A DNA stretch of 14,617 bases from Terriglobia bacterium (GCA_049515175.1 JBEKUI010000094.1:1-14617), one strand, 5' to 3'. Shown: positions 1 through 7,699, numbered from the stretch's first letter. The notes: a model not told the origin generated them from the letters alone. Made by a program: numbers and translations.

Positions 1-1110
1 GGCAGGCAATCCCTTGCCCGAAACGTCGGCCACCGTGAATCCGAAGCGGTCATTGGGGAGACGGATCACGTCGTAGTAATCGCCCCCCACGGTCTGGCAA
101 GGGAAGCTGACGGCGCGCAATTCGAAGTAGTCGCTGCTCGGCAACTTGCGGGGCAGGAGGCTCTGCTGGATGTTTCGCGCCAGGGAAAGCTCGTGGCGCA
201 TGCGCTCCTGCTCGCGAGTCAGGCGGAAGACGCGGGCGTTCTCGATGATCGTTGCGCCTTCCAGCGCGAGCGTCATCAGCACCTGGCGGTCCAAACCGGT
301 CAGTGAGGTGGGGCGCGCGCGGCTGTCGAGATACAGCACGCCCAGGAGTTCCGGCGCGGCCTGAATGATCGTATCGCCGCCCATCTCCATCATGGGCAGC
401 TTCTGCAGCGGCAGGGCGACGACACCGCGCAGACCCTGGCGAATGATACCCGTCTCGTTGGCGGAAACGCCGGTGAGTTCTTCTTCCAGGGTCACTTCTT
501 CCCGGCGGGTTTCTACTACCCGGTCCACGATTTTCCGCGAATAGTCGGTGAGCCCCGGAGACAGGGTGGTCCCGCCGCGCCCGCGCGCCAGTCGCAGGCG
601 CAGTTCGCCGTCTTCGTCGCGCAAAAAGAGCAGGCCGCGCTCGGCATCGCCCAACTGCAATGCCGAATCGACCAAGGTCGTCAGCACTTCCTCGAGCGCC
701 GCTGCCCGGTTGAGCATCTCCGCCATCCGCAGCAGCATACCCAGGTGCTGGAGCTGGGGCGCCGGGCTGGCCCCCAGTTTTCCCATCTCCGCCAGCAGTT
801 TGGGGAGCGTGGCCTGGTCGGTAAGAAAGAAAATCTGATAGACGTCCGCCACACCCAGATTAATCTGGTCGCCACTGTGAAGAGTGCAGGAGGTGACCCG
901 CTCGCCGTTGACGAAAGTGCCGTGCCGGCTACCGTCGTCCACCAGCGTGTACTCGTCTCCGTCCCGATTGATGCTGGCGTGGCGGCGGGAAATGCGATTG
1001 TCGAGCAGGACGACGTCATTGTCGCTCTGCCGCCCGAGTGTGAACGGCGTGCGCAAGATCTCCACGTCGCGCTCGGTCCCCGAGGTTTCGCGAATTACCA
1101 ACCGAGGCAT
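1..1110 (-). CDS. FHA domain / GAF domain / PP2C (SpoIIE-type) serine-threonine phosphatase. Only the 5' part is in the window; the gene continues past position 1. The start could instead be the in-frame ATG at 1177..1179.
   Basis: I translated the minus strand myself from the ATG that is the reverse complement of 1108..1110. It reads MPRLVIRETSGTERDVEILRTPFTLGRQSDNDVVLLDNRISRRHASINRDGDEYTLVDDGSRHGTFVNGERV, a typical FHA fold signature (GR…SRxH…D.GS.nGT..Ng). A GAF-like middle region follows (LLFLRDEDGELRLRLARG…LGVLYLDSR). The end of the window falls in a PP2C/SpoIIE block, NIQQSLLP…CQTVGGDYYDVIRLPNDRFGFTVADVSGKGLPA. The frame is open for all 370 codons to the window edge. The track omits it because the ORF is truncated by the window. 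An in-frame ATG 23 codons upstream (1177..1179) is preceded by GGGAGG at roughly a 15-nt spacer. Confidence 0.8.
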   Translation of the reverse strand, partial: MPRLVIRETSGTERDVEILRTPFTLGRQSDNDVVLLDNRISRRHASINRDGDEYTLVDDGSRHGTFVNGERVTSCTLHSGDQINLGVADVYQIFFLTDQATLPKLLAEMGKLGASPAPQLQHLGMLLRMAEMLNRAAALEEVLTTLVDSALQLGDAERGLLFLRDEDGELRLRLARGRGGTTLSPGLTDYSRKIVDRVVETRREEVTLEEELTGVSANETGIIRQGLRGVVALPLQKLPMMEMGGDTIIQAAPELLGVLYLDSRARPTSLTGLDRQVLMTLALEGATIIENARVFRLTREQERMRHELSLARNIQQSLLPRKLPSSDYFELRAVSFPCQTVGGDYYDVIRLPNDRFGFTVADVSGKGLPA

Positions 1111-1381
1111 ATTCCTGGGCATAAGGTGCTTGTCCTGATCGACAGACCATCCTGAATGATTCCCGGAGGCGACAGGCATTATAACCTTAGATTTCCTCCC
1201 CTGCCAAGACTTCACCACCGACCCGGAGGGCAGGCGGTTGCCTGGGCCTGCCCATTAGCCGCTGTGATTCGCCTTTCCCGCGGTCGGATCAAAACTCGCG
1301 GGCCCCAGTTCACGCAAACCCACATATAATGGAGAGCCCGGAATCGAGCGGGCAGAACATTCATACCAAGGAGCACTCATC

Positions 1382-2131
1382 GTGTACAAAGTTGTCTTAT
1401 TGCGGCATGGAGAAAGTACCTGGAACAAGGAGAACCTCTTCACCGGTTGGACGGACGTGGATTTGAGTGAGAAAGGAACGCAGGAGGCGCACGAAGCGGG
1501 CCGCGTTCTTTTGAAAGAGGGCTACAGATTCGATGTGGCTTACACTTCGGTGCTGAAGCGCGCCATTCGAACCCTCTGGATCGCGCTGGATGAAATGGAC
1601 CTGATGTGGATTCCGATTCACAACAGCTGGCGGCTGAATGAGCGGCACTATGGCGCACTGCAGGGGCTGAACAAGGCGCAGACTGCGGAGAAGTACGGCG
1701 AAGCGCAGGTCAAGATCTGGCGGCGAAGCTACGACATTCCGCCGCCCGCGCTTACTCGCGAAGACGACCGCTTTCCCGGCCACGATCCACGCTATGAGGA
1801 CCTGAAGCTCAGGGACCTTCCCCTGACCGAATGCCTCAAGGACACCGTGGCGCGGACGCTGCCCTACTGGCACGAGACGATTGCACCCGCGGTGCGCTCC
1901 GGCCAGCGCGTCATCGTGGCCGCGCATGGTAACAGTCTGCGTGGCTTGGTAAAGTATCTCGACAACATTCCGGAGGAGGAGATCGTCGAGTTGAACATCC
2001 CGACAGGTATTCCGCTGGTTTACGAACTCGACGAAGAGCTGAAGCCGATCCGGCACGAATACCTCGGCGATCCGGAGGCCGTGGCGCGGGCGGCGAAGGC
2101 CGTGGCCGAGCAAGCCAAGCGCAAGACTTAG
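1382..2131 (+). CDS. gpmA: 2,3-bisphosphoglycerate-dependent phosphoglycerate mutase
   Basis: A 249-aa ORF with a GTG start, preceded by AAGGAG at an 8-nt spacer. The N-terminus, [28 protein letters not shown], carries the histidine-phosphatase RHGES catalytic motif. Length and sequence along the whole protein are typical of dPGM GpmA (…[20 protein letters not shown]…AAHGNSLR…). Confidence 0.93.
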   Translation: MYKVVLLRHGESTWNKENLFTGWTDVDLSEKGTQEAHEAGRVLLKEGYRFDVAYTSVLKRAIRTLWIALDEMDLMWIPIHNSWRLNERHYGALQGLNKAQTAEKYGEAQVKIWRRSYDIPPPALTREDDRFPGHDPRYEDLKLRDLPLTECLKDTVARTLPYWHETIAPAVRSGQRVIVAAHGNSLRGLVKYLDNIPEEEIVELNIPTGIPLVYELDEELKPIRHEYLGDPEAVARAAKAVAEQAKRKT

Positions 2132-2176
2132 CGCGGGATGAGAATGGGCTGTGATGGGCAGATGGAGGCTGTTCCG

Positions 2177-3292
2177 ATGAGAACGAAGATACTGGGAATC
2201 TGTGCGTTGGCGGCGAGCCTCGCCGCAGGTTTTGTGACGGCTGGGTCGCCCCCTGAAGTTGGAACCGCAGGAGCCTGGAATCAGAGGGCTGCCGCCGCTT
2301 ACCTCGATCAGCGGATCGACTGGTGGAGCGCGTGGCCGACCGCCGCCCGTGATCACGAGACCTTCTGCGTGTCGTGTCACACGGCGGTACCCTACGCCCT
2401 CTCGCGCCCCGCGCTTCGCACCGCGCTCGGCGAGAGCTCTCCTTCCGCCAACGAACGCCGACTCCTGGACAGTGTCACAAAGCGCGTACGCCTCTGGAAG
2501 GACGTCGAACCGTTTTACAGCGACGAGAAACGCGGCCCCCACAAAACCGTCGAATCTCGTGGGACCGAAGCCGTTCTCAATGCGCTGATCCTCGCCAGCT
2601 TTGATGCTCGGAGCGGAAAGCTCAGCGACGATACGCACGTCGCCTTCGACAACATGTGGGCGCTGCAGAAAACATCAGGAGATGAGAGCGGGGCGTGGTC
2701 GTGGCTTCGATTCGGCAACGAGCCCTGGGAAGCGGACGACTCGCAGTTCTACGGCGCTTCTCTGGCTGCGGTAGCCGTGGGCGCGGCTCCTCAGAACTAT
2801 CGCTCGGCCTCCGAGATTCAAAATAACCTGAAGTTGCTCCGCGATTACCTTGTCCGTGAATCCAAGCAGCAGTCGCCCATCAATCGGGTTGTGCTCTTGT
2901 GGGCTGGGGCGAAATGGCCAGGGCTTCTCACGGTGGAACAGCGAGAGTCGATCATCAACGAAGTCCTAAGCAGGCAGCAGGACGACGGTGGCTGGAGCCT
3001 TTCCTCGCTTGTCGGCCCCTGGAAACGAGCCGACAGCACACCTTTGGAAATGAGGAGCGACGGCTACGCCACCGGCCTCATCACCCTCGCCCTCGCACAG
3101 GCAGGCCTGCCCCGAGAGAACATTCACTTGAAGCAGGGGCTCGACTGGTTGGTCCGCAGCCAGAACCCGACGCAAGGCCTGTGGCCAGGCTATTCCCTGA
3201 ACAACGGGCGTGACCCATCCTCCGCCACGGGACGCTTCATGAGCGACGCGGCGACGGCCTATGCCGTGCTTGCTCTGACCCAGGCTCACTAA
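2177..3292 (+). CDS. Secreted hypothetical protein carrying one CxxCH c-type haem-binding motif and prenyltransferase / squalene-cyclase-like QW repeats (alpha/alpha-toroid).
   Basis: The ORF in the track starts at 2138. The likely true start is the ATG at 2177, which has GGAGG at an 8-nt spacer and gives a classical signal peptide, MRTKILGICALAASLAAGFVTAG. FCVSCH is a single CxxCH site. ESIINEVLSRQQDDGGWS and GLDWLVRSQNPTQGLWPG match the Qx(2-5)DGGW 'QW' repeat of terpenoid cyclases and protein prenyltransferases. GYATGLITLALAQAG is the typical helix that follows such a repeat. Confidence 0.7.
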   Translation: MRTKILGICALAASLAAGFVTAGSPPEVGTAGAWNQRAAAAYLDQRIDWWSAWPTAARDHETFCVSCHTAVPYALSRPALRTALGESSPSANERRLLDSVTKRVRLWKDVEPFYSDEKRGPHKTVESRGTEAVLNALILASFDARSGKLSDDTHVAFDNMWALQKTSGDESGAWSWLRFGNEPWEADDSQFYGASLAAVAVGAAPQNYRSASEIQNNLKLLRDYLVRESKQQSPINRVVLLWAGAKWPGLLTVEQRESIINEVLSRQQDDGGWSLSSLVGPWKRADSTPLEMRSDGYATGLITLALAQAGLPRENIHLKQGLDWLVRSQNPTQGLWPGYSLNNGRDPSSATGRFMSDAATAYAVLALTQAH

Positions 3293-3329
3293 GGACGAAC
3301 TCCGCGACCGCCGTGTCAGGCGCGGTCTA

Positions 3330-3355
3330 CCCCCGTCGGGTGCAATTGACGGGGG
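3330..3355 (+). terminator. GC-rich hairpin downstream of the 2177..3292 gene. It is a possible intrinsic terminator for the gpmA operon but has no U-tract.
   Basis: CCCCCGTC (3330..3337) and GACGGGGG (3348..3355) form a perfect 8-bp inverted repeat around a 10-nt loop, 38 nt after the stop codon. Confidence 0.3.
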
Positions 3356-3359
3356 CGAG

Positions 3360-3368
3360 TGTTATAAT
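3360..3368 (+). promoter_or_regulatory. Extended -10 promoter element (TGTTATAAT) that could drive the SLT-amidase cluster.
   Basis: TGnTATAAT matches exactly at 3360..3368 inside a 240-bp intergenic gap. It would give a GC-rich 5' leader of about 155 nt before the ATG at 3532. Confidence 0.3.
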
Positions 3369-3531
3369 GCCGCAAGTTGGGGGAGCAAGGCCTCCGGTGT
3401 GACGGCGCGCCAGGCCGGGGAGGCTGGGCTTTCGGGACAACCCCAACGCGGATTCCACCGCCAACGGTGGCTGAGACCAAAGATCGAGAGGGGATGAGTT
3501 CTAGAGCCTGATTCGTCGAGGCTGGAGCTCA

Positions 3532-4239
3532 ATGAGCAAACGCACACAAACTGGTATCCCCGCCCTTCTGGGCCGCTGCCTCTTCATCCTTCTTCTTTCC
3601 GGCGTTCCTTCCTTCGCGGCTGAGCAGATCATCGCCCTGACGGACGATCACGGCCACAAGGTCTATATCAACGTGCCGGTGATATCTGCCGCCACCCGCC
3701 GTAGCATCGTGGCGAGCGTCCGGCCCGTTCGTTCAAACCCTAGCCTGCCGCCCGAGGAAGTCGGTCGCCTGGTAAGCGAGGCCGCGGCCCGCCAGCAGAT
3801 CGACCCCAAGCTGGTCCATTCCATCATTCAGGTCGAGTCGGGATACGACCCCAACGCCGTCTCCAACAAAGGCGCCATGGGTCTGATGCAGCTGGTTGAA
3901 GGCACGGCAAAACGCTTTGGCGTGGAGAATCCCTTCGACCCGAAACAGAATATCGACGGCGGAGTTTCCTACTTGCGCTATCTGCTGGACCTATTCGGCG
4001 GCGATGTGACGCTTTCGCTGGCCGCCTACAATGCAGGGGAGAACTCGGTGCGGCGCTTCGGCGGTGTTCCAACCTACCAGGAGACGCGCGCTTACGTGCG
4101 CAAGGTGAACCATCTCTACGCCGCGGATACTCCTCAGACCACCGGAGAACCGAAGTCGAAGGAGCCGGCCAAGGCGCCGATTTATCGCTATGTGGACGCG
4201 CGCGGAGTCGTGCATTATACCAATGGCTATGAATTCTAG
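3532..4239 (+). CDS. Secreted lytic transglycosylase (SLT domain) with a C-terminal DUF4124-like motif.
   Basis: The signal peptide is MSKRTQTGIPALLGRCLFILLLSGVPSFAAE. The SLT catalytic block is IIQVESGYDPNAVSNKGAMGLMQL, followed by AAYNAGENSVRRFGGVPTYQETRAYVRKV. The C-terminal IYRYVDARGVVHYTN resembles the DUF4124 Y-x-W/Y-x-D-x-G-x-x-H-Y-S/T motif. Confidence 0.85.
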   Translation: MSKRTQTGIPALLGRCLFILLLSGVPSFAAEQIIALTDDHGHKVYINVPVISAATRRSIVASVRPVRSNPSLPPEEVGRLVSEAAARQQIDPKLVHSIIQVESGYDPNAVSNKGAMGLMQLVEGTAKRFGVENPFDPKQNIDGGVSYLRYLLDLFGGDVTLSLAAYNAGENSVRRFGGVPTYQETRAYVRKVNHLYAADTPQTTGEPKSKEPAKAPIYRYVDARGVVHYTNGYEF

Positions 4240-4291
4240 TTGATTCCGAACGCCGCCTGCCAGGGAGCCGGCTCCGCGCTGGCATCGGGAG

Positions 4292-6418
4292 TTGCAGGCG
4301 CCTGCGGAGTTACGAAGGTTGCGGTTGACCCAACGTACAAATCGCCTCTGCTTCGCCTTACTGATCGCCAGCCTGCTGGTTTCGTTCCCCTTGTCATCTC
4401 CGGCCGCCCCCGCCAACCGGGCGGTGCGGGCTCACGCAGCCTACGAGCGGGCCACGCACCTGCGAACTGCACTCGACTCCGTTTCGGAGAAGAACCGCAA
4501 GAAAGCCGATTACGAGAACGTCATCCGCGCCTTCAAATCGGTCCACTCTTATGACCCGTCCTACGGCAAGTCGCCGCTGGCCCTGAATACGGTCGGCGAC
4601 CTGTACAAGGAAATGGGTCAGCGATTTCGAAGTGACGAGTACTACCGCGCCGCCATCCAGGCTTACGAATATCTGCTCGCGCAGTATCCCCAGAGCCCTG
4701 TCTCCAGTCAGGCCAGTTTCAACATTGCGGAAGTCTACCGCTCCGGCCTCGAGGACTCCGCGGGGGCGCGCAAGGCCTTCCAGGAGTTTCTTGAAAAACA
4801 CCCCAGGGATGCCAAGGCCGTCGAAGCGCGGGAGAAGTTGAAAAAGCTCGAGCAGTCGGTAGAAGAAGCGCAAGCCGTGGAGCCGAAGCCGGTCAGCGCG
4901 CCGCCGAAAACCGAAAGGCGGCTGGCCGGCGCCTTGCCGGAAGTTACCAGCATCCGGCGCTGGGTGGGACCAAGCTACTCGCGCATCGTCGTCAACGTGG
5001 AGAGTGAAGTGAAGTTCGAATCGAGCCGCGTCCCCAACCCTGACCGGATCGTTTTGGATCTCCTCGATGCCAGGCTGAGTTCGGAGTTGCTTGGGAAGAC
5101 CTTTCCGGTGGAAGATGGTTTTCTCCGCCAGGTTCGCATCGGGCAGTTCCAGCCGAACGTCACGCGTGTCGTCCTGGACGTGGCGAAAGTCGAAGGCTAC
5201 TCCGTCTTCACGCTTCCCAATCCCTTCCGGTTGGTAATTGACATCAACGGGCCACCGGTTGTTGCCGAAAAGGCGCCCGAACCGAAGCCTGCAGGAGCCA
5301 AATCCGTGAAAGCTCCTGAGGCGGGCCCGCCCGCAGAAAGCCCGACCCTTGCCGCGGCGAGGGCAAAGCCCGAAGCGCCCAAGGCGCAACCACATGGTCC
5401 GGTGGAAACGGAAGCGCCGGCGAAGTCCACCAAAGAGCAGCCCGTCAAGGAAGTTGCGGCGGCACCTGAGAAACCCAAGCCCTCCCGTGCGGCGGAGGAG
5501 AAGGAGACAGCGTCGCTCAAAACCCCTGCCCTCCCGACGAAACCTTCCCGCACTGAGGAAGCCCCGGCCAAAAGGGTCAGTGAACCTCCAGCCCTCGCCA
5601 CCCTCAAGCCGCCTCCACCCACCGAAGCCGGCTCTCGGACACTGACCCGCGCTCTGGGATTGAAAATCGGGCGGATCGTGATTGACCCCGGCCACGGCGG
5701 CCACGACACGGGCACCATAGGGCCCACGGGCCTGCGCGAGAAGGATCTCGTCCTGGATGTGGCATTGAAGTTGAAGAAGTTACTGGAAGAGAAGACCAAC
5801 GCGGAAGTCATCATGACGCGTTCCGATGACACCTTTGTCCCGCTGGAAGAGCGGACGGCGATTGCCAACGAAAAAGGTGCCGACCTGTTCATATCCGTCC
5901 ATGCTAACGCCAGCCACGACCGGAGCGCGCGCGGCATTGAGACCTACTACCTCAACTTCACTTCCAACCCCGATGCTCTGGAAGTGGCGGCGCGCGAAAA
6001 CGCCGCCAGCCAGGAGTCGGTCCACCAGCTTCAGGACTTGATCAAGAAGATCGCGCTGACCGAGAAGATTGAAGAGTCCCAGGATTTCGCCACCCAGGTG
6101 CAGCGGGAAGTGTATCTGCGCCTGAAGAAGATTACCGGCGCGCAGAAGGACCGCGGAGTCAAGAAGGCCCCCTTCGTCGTACTCATCGGCGCCAACATGC
6201 CTTCCGTACTCGCTGAAATTTCCTTCCTGACCAACCCTAGAGACGAGAAACTACTGAAGAAGTCCGACCACCGCGCCCAGATTGCCGAGGCCCTTTGCAA
6301 CGGTGTGGCCCATTACGTCGGCAGCCTGGGCGGAGTCAAGGTGGCTCGGGAAGAACCGACGCGCGCGGTGGCGGAAGGCAGCCGACGGCAGGTTTCCGCC
6401 AGCGCCTCGAATTTCTGA
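4292..6418 (+). CDS. N-acetylmuramoyl-L-alanine amidase (AmiC-like Amidase_3). Its architecture is an N-terminal TPR-like region, an AMIN domain, a Pro/Ala/Lys-rich linker, then the amidase domain.
   Basis: The C-terminal block, IVIDPGHGGHDTGTIGPTGLREKDLVLDVALKLKKLLE…ADLFISVHANAS…GIETYYLN…APFVVLIGANMPSVLAEISFLTNPRDEKLL, is a canonical zinc amidase_3 (cell-division amidase). The middle block, RRWVGPSYSRIVVNVESEVKFESSRVPNPDRIVLDLLDARL…VRIGQFQPNVTRVVLDV, looks like an AMIN domain. A roughly 150-aa proline-rich low-complexity linker lies between them. The N-terminus has TPR-like helices (AIQAYEYLLAQYPQSP…AKAVEAREKLKKL) after a hydrophobic signal-like segment, LCFALLIASLLVSFPLSSPAAPA. The track start at 4292 is a TTG. 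TTG at 4319 or 4325 are alternative starts, so the exact start is uncertain. Confidence 0.85.
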   Translation: MQAPAELRRLRLTQRTNRLCFALLIASLLVSFPLSSPAAPANRAVRAHAAYERATHLRTALDSVSEKNRKKADYENVIRAFKSVHSYDPSYGKSPLALNTVGDLYKEMGQRFRSDEYYRAAIQAYEYLLAQYPQSPVSSQASFNIAEVYRSGLEDSAGARKAFQEFLEKHPRDAKAVEAREKLKKLEQSVEEAQAVEPKPVSAPPKTERRLAGALPEVTSIRRWVGPSYSRIVVNVESEVKFESSRVPNPDRIVLDLLDARLSSELLGKTFPVEDGFLRQVRIGQFQPNVTRVVLDVAKVEGYSVFTLPNPFRLVIDINGPPVVAEKAPEPKPAGAKSVKAPEAGPPAESPTLAAARAKPEAPKAQPHGPVETEAPAKSTKEQPVKEVAAAPEKPKPSRAAEEKETASLKTPALPTKPSRTEEAPAKRVSEPPALATLKPPPPTEAGSRTLTRALGLKIGRIVIDPGHGGHDTGTIGPTGLREKDLVLDVALKLKKLLEEKTNAEVIMTRSDDTFVPLEERTAIANEKGADLFISVHANASHDRSARGIETYYLNFTSNPDALEVAARENAASQESVHQLQDLIKKIALTEKIEESQDFATQVQREVYLRLKKITGAQKDRGVKKAPFVVLIGANMPSVLAEISFLTNPRDEKLLKKSDHRAQIAEALCNGVAHYVGSLGGVKVAREEPTRAVAEGSRRQVSASASNF

Positions 6419-6432
6419 TATCCTCATACCCA

Positions 6433-7524
6433 ATGGCACGCGAGAAGGTCCGGCAGTTCGCCTTGCTTCTTGCGCTGGCGGGAATCGCCACCGGCGCGAG
6501 CGCCCAGGGGCCGACGGTCATTCCTCTCGTTCCGGCGGCGAACTGGCACCTCGTGAGCGCCGAACCGATGGCGGTGGAAGTCGTCCGCCAGTACGGTGGC
6601 GACCCGGCGATTGAGCGCGAATACGGCGTCAAGACGCCCGTCCTGCGCAAGTACCATCTCGGCGAGAAACAGGCGGAAGCCTTGCTCGAGGAAGCGCTCG
6701 ATCCCACCGCCGCTTATGGACTGTTCACCTTCTACCGCAGCGAAACCCTGCACCCTGCGAAGGGCATGGAGTTGACCCTCATCGGGCCATCCGCGGCAGC
6801 TATGGTGAGAGGTCGTATCTTCATTCGCGCCTGGACGCCCGCGGGCAGCCGGACTTCAGAGGACGATCTGCAAGCCCTGATGGTTTATATCGGAGGAACA
6901 CGGCCGAACCGTGAGGGCGCGGCGTCGCTCCCCACTCCGCTGCCGGGTGCCGGCCTGATTCCGGGATCTGAGAAGTATCTTCTGGGGCTCGAGGCGGCGC
7001 GGAGGATCCTGCCGACCTTTCGCACCGACATCATCGGGTTTGAACAGGGTGCGGAAGCTCAGGTCGGAACTTACGCCGTAGGCCGTGACCGCCCCACCCT
7101 CGTGGCCATCAACTATCCCACGCCCCAAATCGCGCGGGTTCGTTACGGCGCGATGGAGAGCTTGCTGGGAATCAATCAGGACCACGGCGCGAACTCGGTC
7201 TACGGTCGCCGCAACGCTTCGTATGTGATCCTTGTCCTTGGTGCGCCCGGTTCCTCCGCCGCGCAACAGCTCATCAATCAGTTCCAGGTCAAATCCAACG
7301 TCAGTTGGAATGAGCCTGCCCCGAAACGAGAAGCCTTCATACTGGGCGTGGTTCGAATGGTGCTCGCCAACATCATGCTCTCCTTCATCATCTCAGGATT
7401 CGCCGTGGGAGGAGGAGTCATGATCTTCTTAAGCCGGCGACTTGCAACGCGGTTCTTCCCCCAGTGGACCTGGGCCGATCCCGAGCACGAGACAATCATC
7501 CGATTGAACCTCGATGGCTATTAA
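6433..7524 (+). CDS. Hypothetical protein with an N-terminal signal peptide and a C-terminal transmembrane anchor. No family was recognised.
   Basis: The ATG at 6433 lies 15 nt after the amidase stop and gives a signal peptide, MAREKVRQFALLLALAGIATGASAQG. The track ORF starts at TTG 6295 and overlaps the amidase 3' end in another frame, so that upstream part is unlikely to be real. The C-terminus has a hydrophobic helix, VVRMVLANIMLSFIISGFAVGGGVMIFL, followed by the basic RRLATRFF. The body is coding-like, with 3rd-position GC bias and no internal stops for 364 codons, but I recognise no motif. Confidence 0.6.
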   Translation: MAREKVRQFALLLALAGIATGASAQGPTVIPLVPAANWHLVSAEPMAVEVVRQYGGDPAIEREYGVKTPVLRKYHLGEKQAEALLEEALDPTAAYGLFTFYRSETLHPAKGMELTLIGPSAAAMVRGRIFIRAWTPAGSRTSEDDLQALMVYIGGTRPNREGAASLPTPLPGAGLIPGSEKYLLGLEAARRILPTFRTDIIGFEQGAEAQVGTYAVGRDRPTLVAINYPTPQIARVRYGAMESLLGINQDHGANSVYGRRNASYVILVLGAPGSSAAQQLINQFQVKSNVSWNEPAPKREAFILGVVRMVLANIMLSFIISGFAVGGGVMIFLSRRLATRFFPQWTWADPEHETIIRLNLDGY

Positions 7525-7664
7525 GTGTCCTATTTACAGTTGGTTGCGCCATGGGTTGGGGAAAAACCAAGCAAACACGGAGTTTTGCCATGAGTCCCTC
7601 TTTCACCCTCTAAGTTACTGATAATATTAAGGATAGATATGAAATATTTTCCCTAGAAATCCCT

Positions 7665-7699
7665 TGACATCACGAAATCGATTCCATAGACTCACTTTT
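7665..7699 (+). promoter_or_regulatory. Sigma70-like promoter (TTGACA-17 nt-TAGACT) in an AT-rich island upstream of tRNA-Thr.
   Basis: TTGACA lies at 7665..7670. A 17-nt spacer is followed by TAGACT, which matches TATAAT at 4 of 6 positions. AT-rich UP-element-like sequence lies just upstream (TGATAATATTAAGGATAGATATGAAATATTTT). Confidence 0.3.

Noticed and set aside
681-1155. ORFs at 745..1155 (+), 681..1019 (-) and 548..838 (+) in the first kilobase.
   Set aside because: The minus-strand frame that runs to the window edge gives a coherent FHA-GAF-PP2C protein. These ORFs are antisense or out of frame with it and are compositionally biased.
1397-2638. A 413-aa minus-strand ORF, plus 1440..1658 (-) and 2259..2604 (+) ORFs overlapping gpmA and the secreted protein.
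   Set aside because: They are antisense to gpmA, whose identity is unambiguous. Their products are Arg/Pro/Gly-rich and low-complexity, typical of out-of-frame or antisense ORFs in high-GC DNA.
3346-3368. TTGACG followed by TATAAT, looking like a full -35/-10 pair.
   Set aside because: The spacer is only 11 nt, which is incompatible with sigma70 geometry. I kept only the extended -10 (TGTTATAAT) as a low-confidence call.
4394-5937. Long minus-strand ORFs (436 aa at 4394..5704, 246 aa at 5197..5937) and the + ORF 5349..5645 inside the amidase gene.
   Set aside because: They overlap the clearly homologous TPR-AMIN-Amidase_3 reading frame. The 5349..5645 ORF is just the Pro/Lys-rich linker read in another frame. 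They are high-GC artefacts.
6295-6432. The upstream extension of the 6295..7524 ORF, which begins at a TTG and overlaps the amidase 3' end.
   Set aside because: The extension (MQRCGPLRRQPGRSQGGSGRTDARGGGRQP…) is low-complexity and overlaps the amidase in a different frame. The ATG at 6433 gives a clean signal peptide right after the amidase stop.
7551-7613. A 20-codon ORF (MGWGKTKQTRSFAMSPSFTL) in the AT-rich region upstream of the tRNA.
   Set aside because: It has no ribosome-binding site and no recognisable peptide features. It is too short to support without conservation data.
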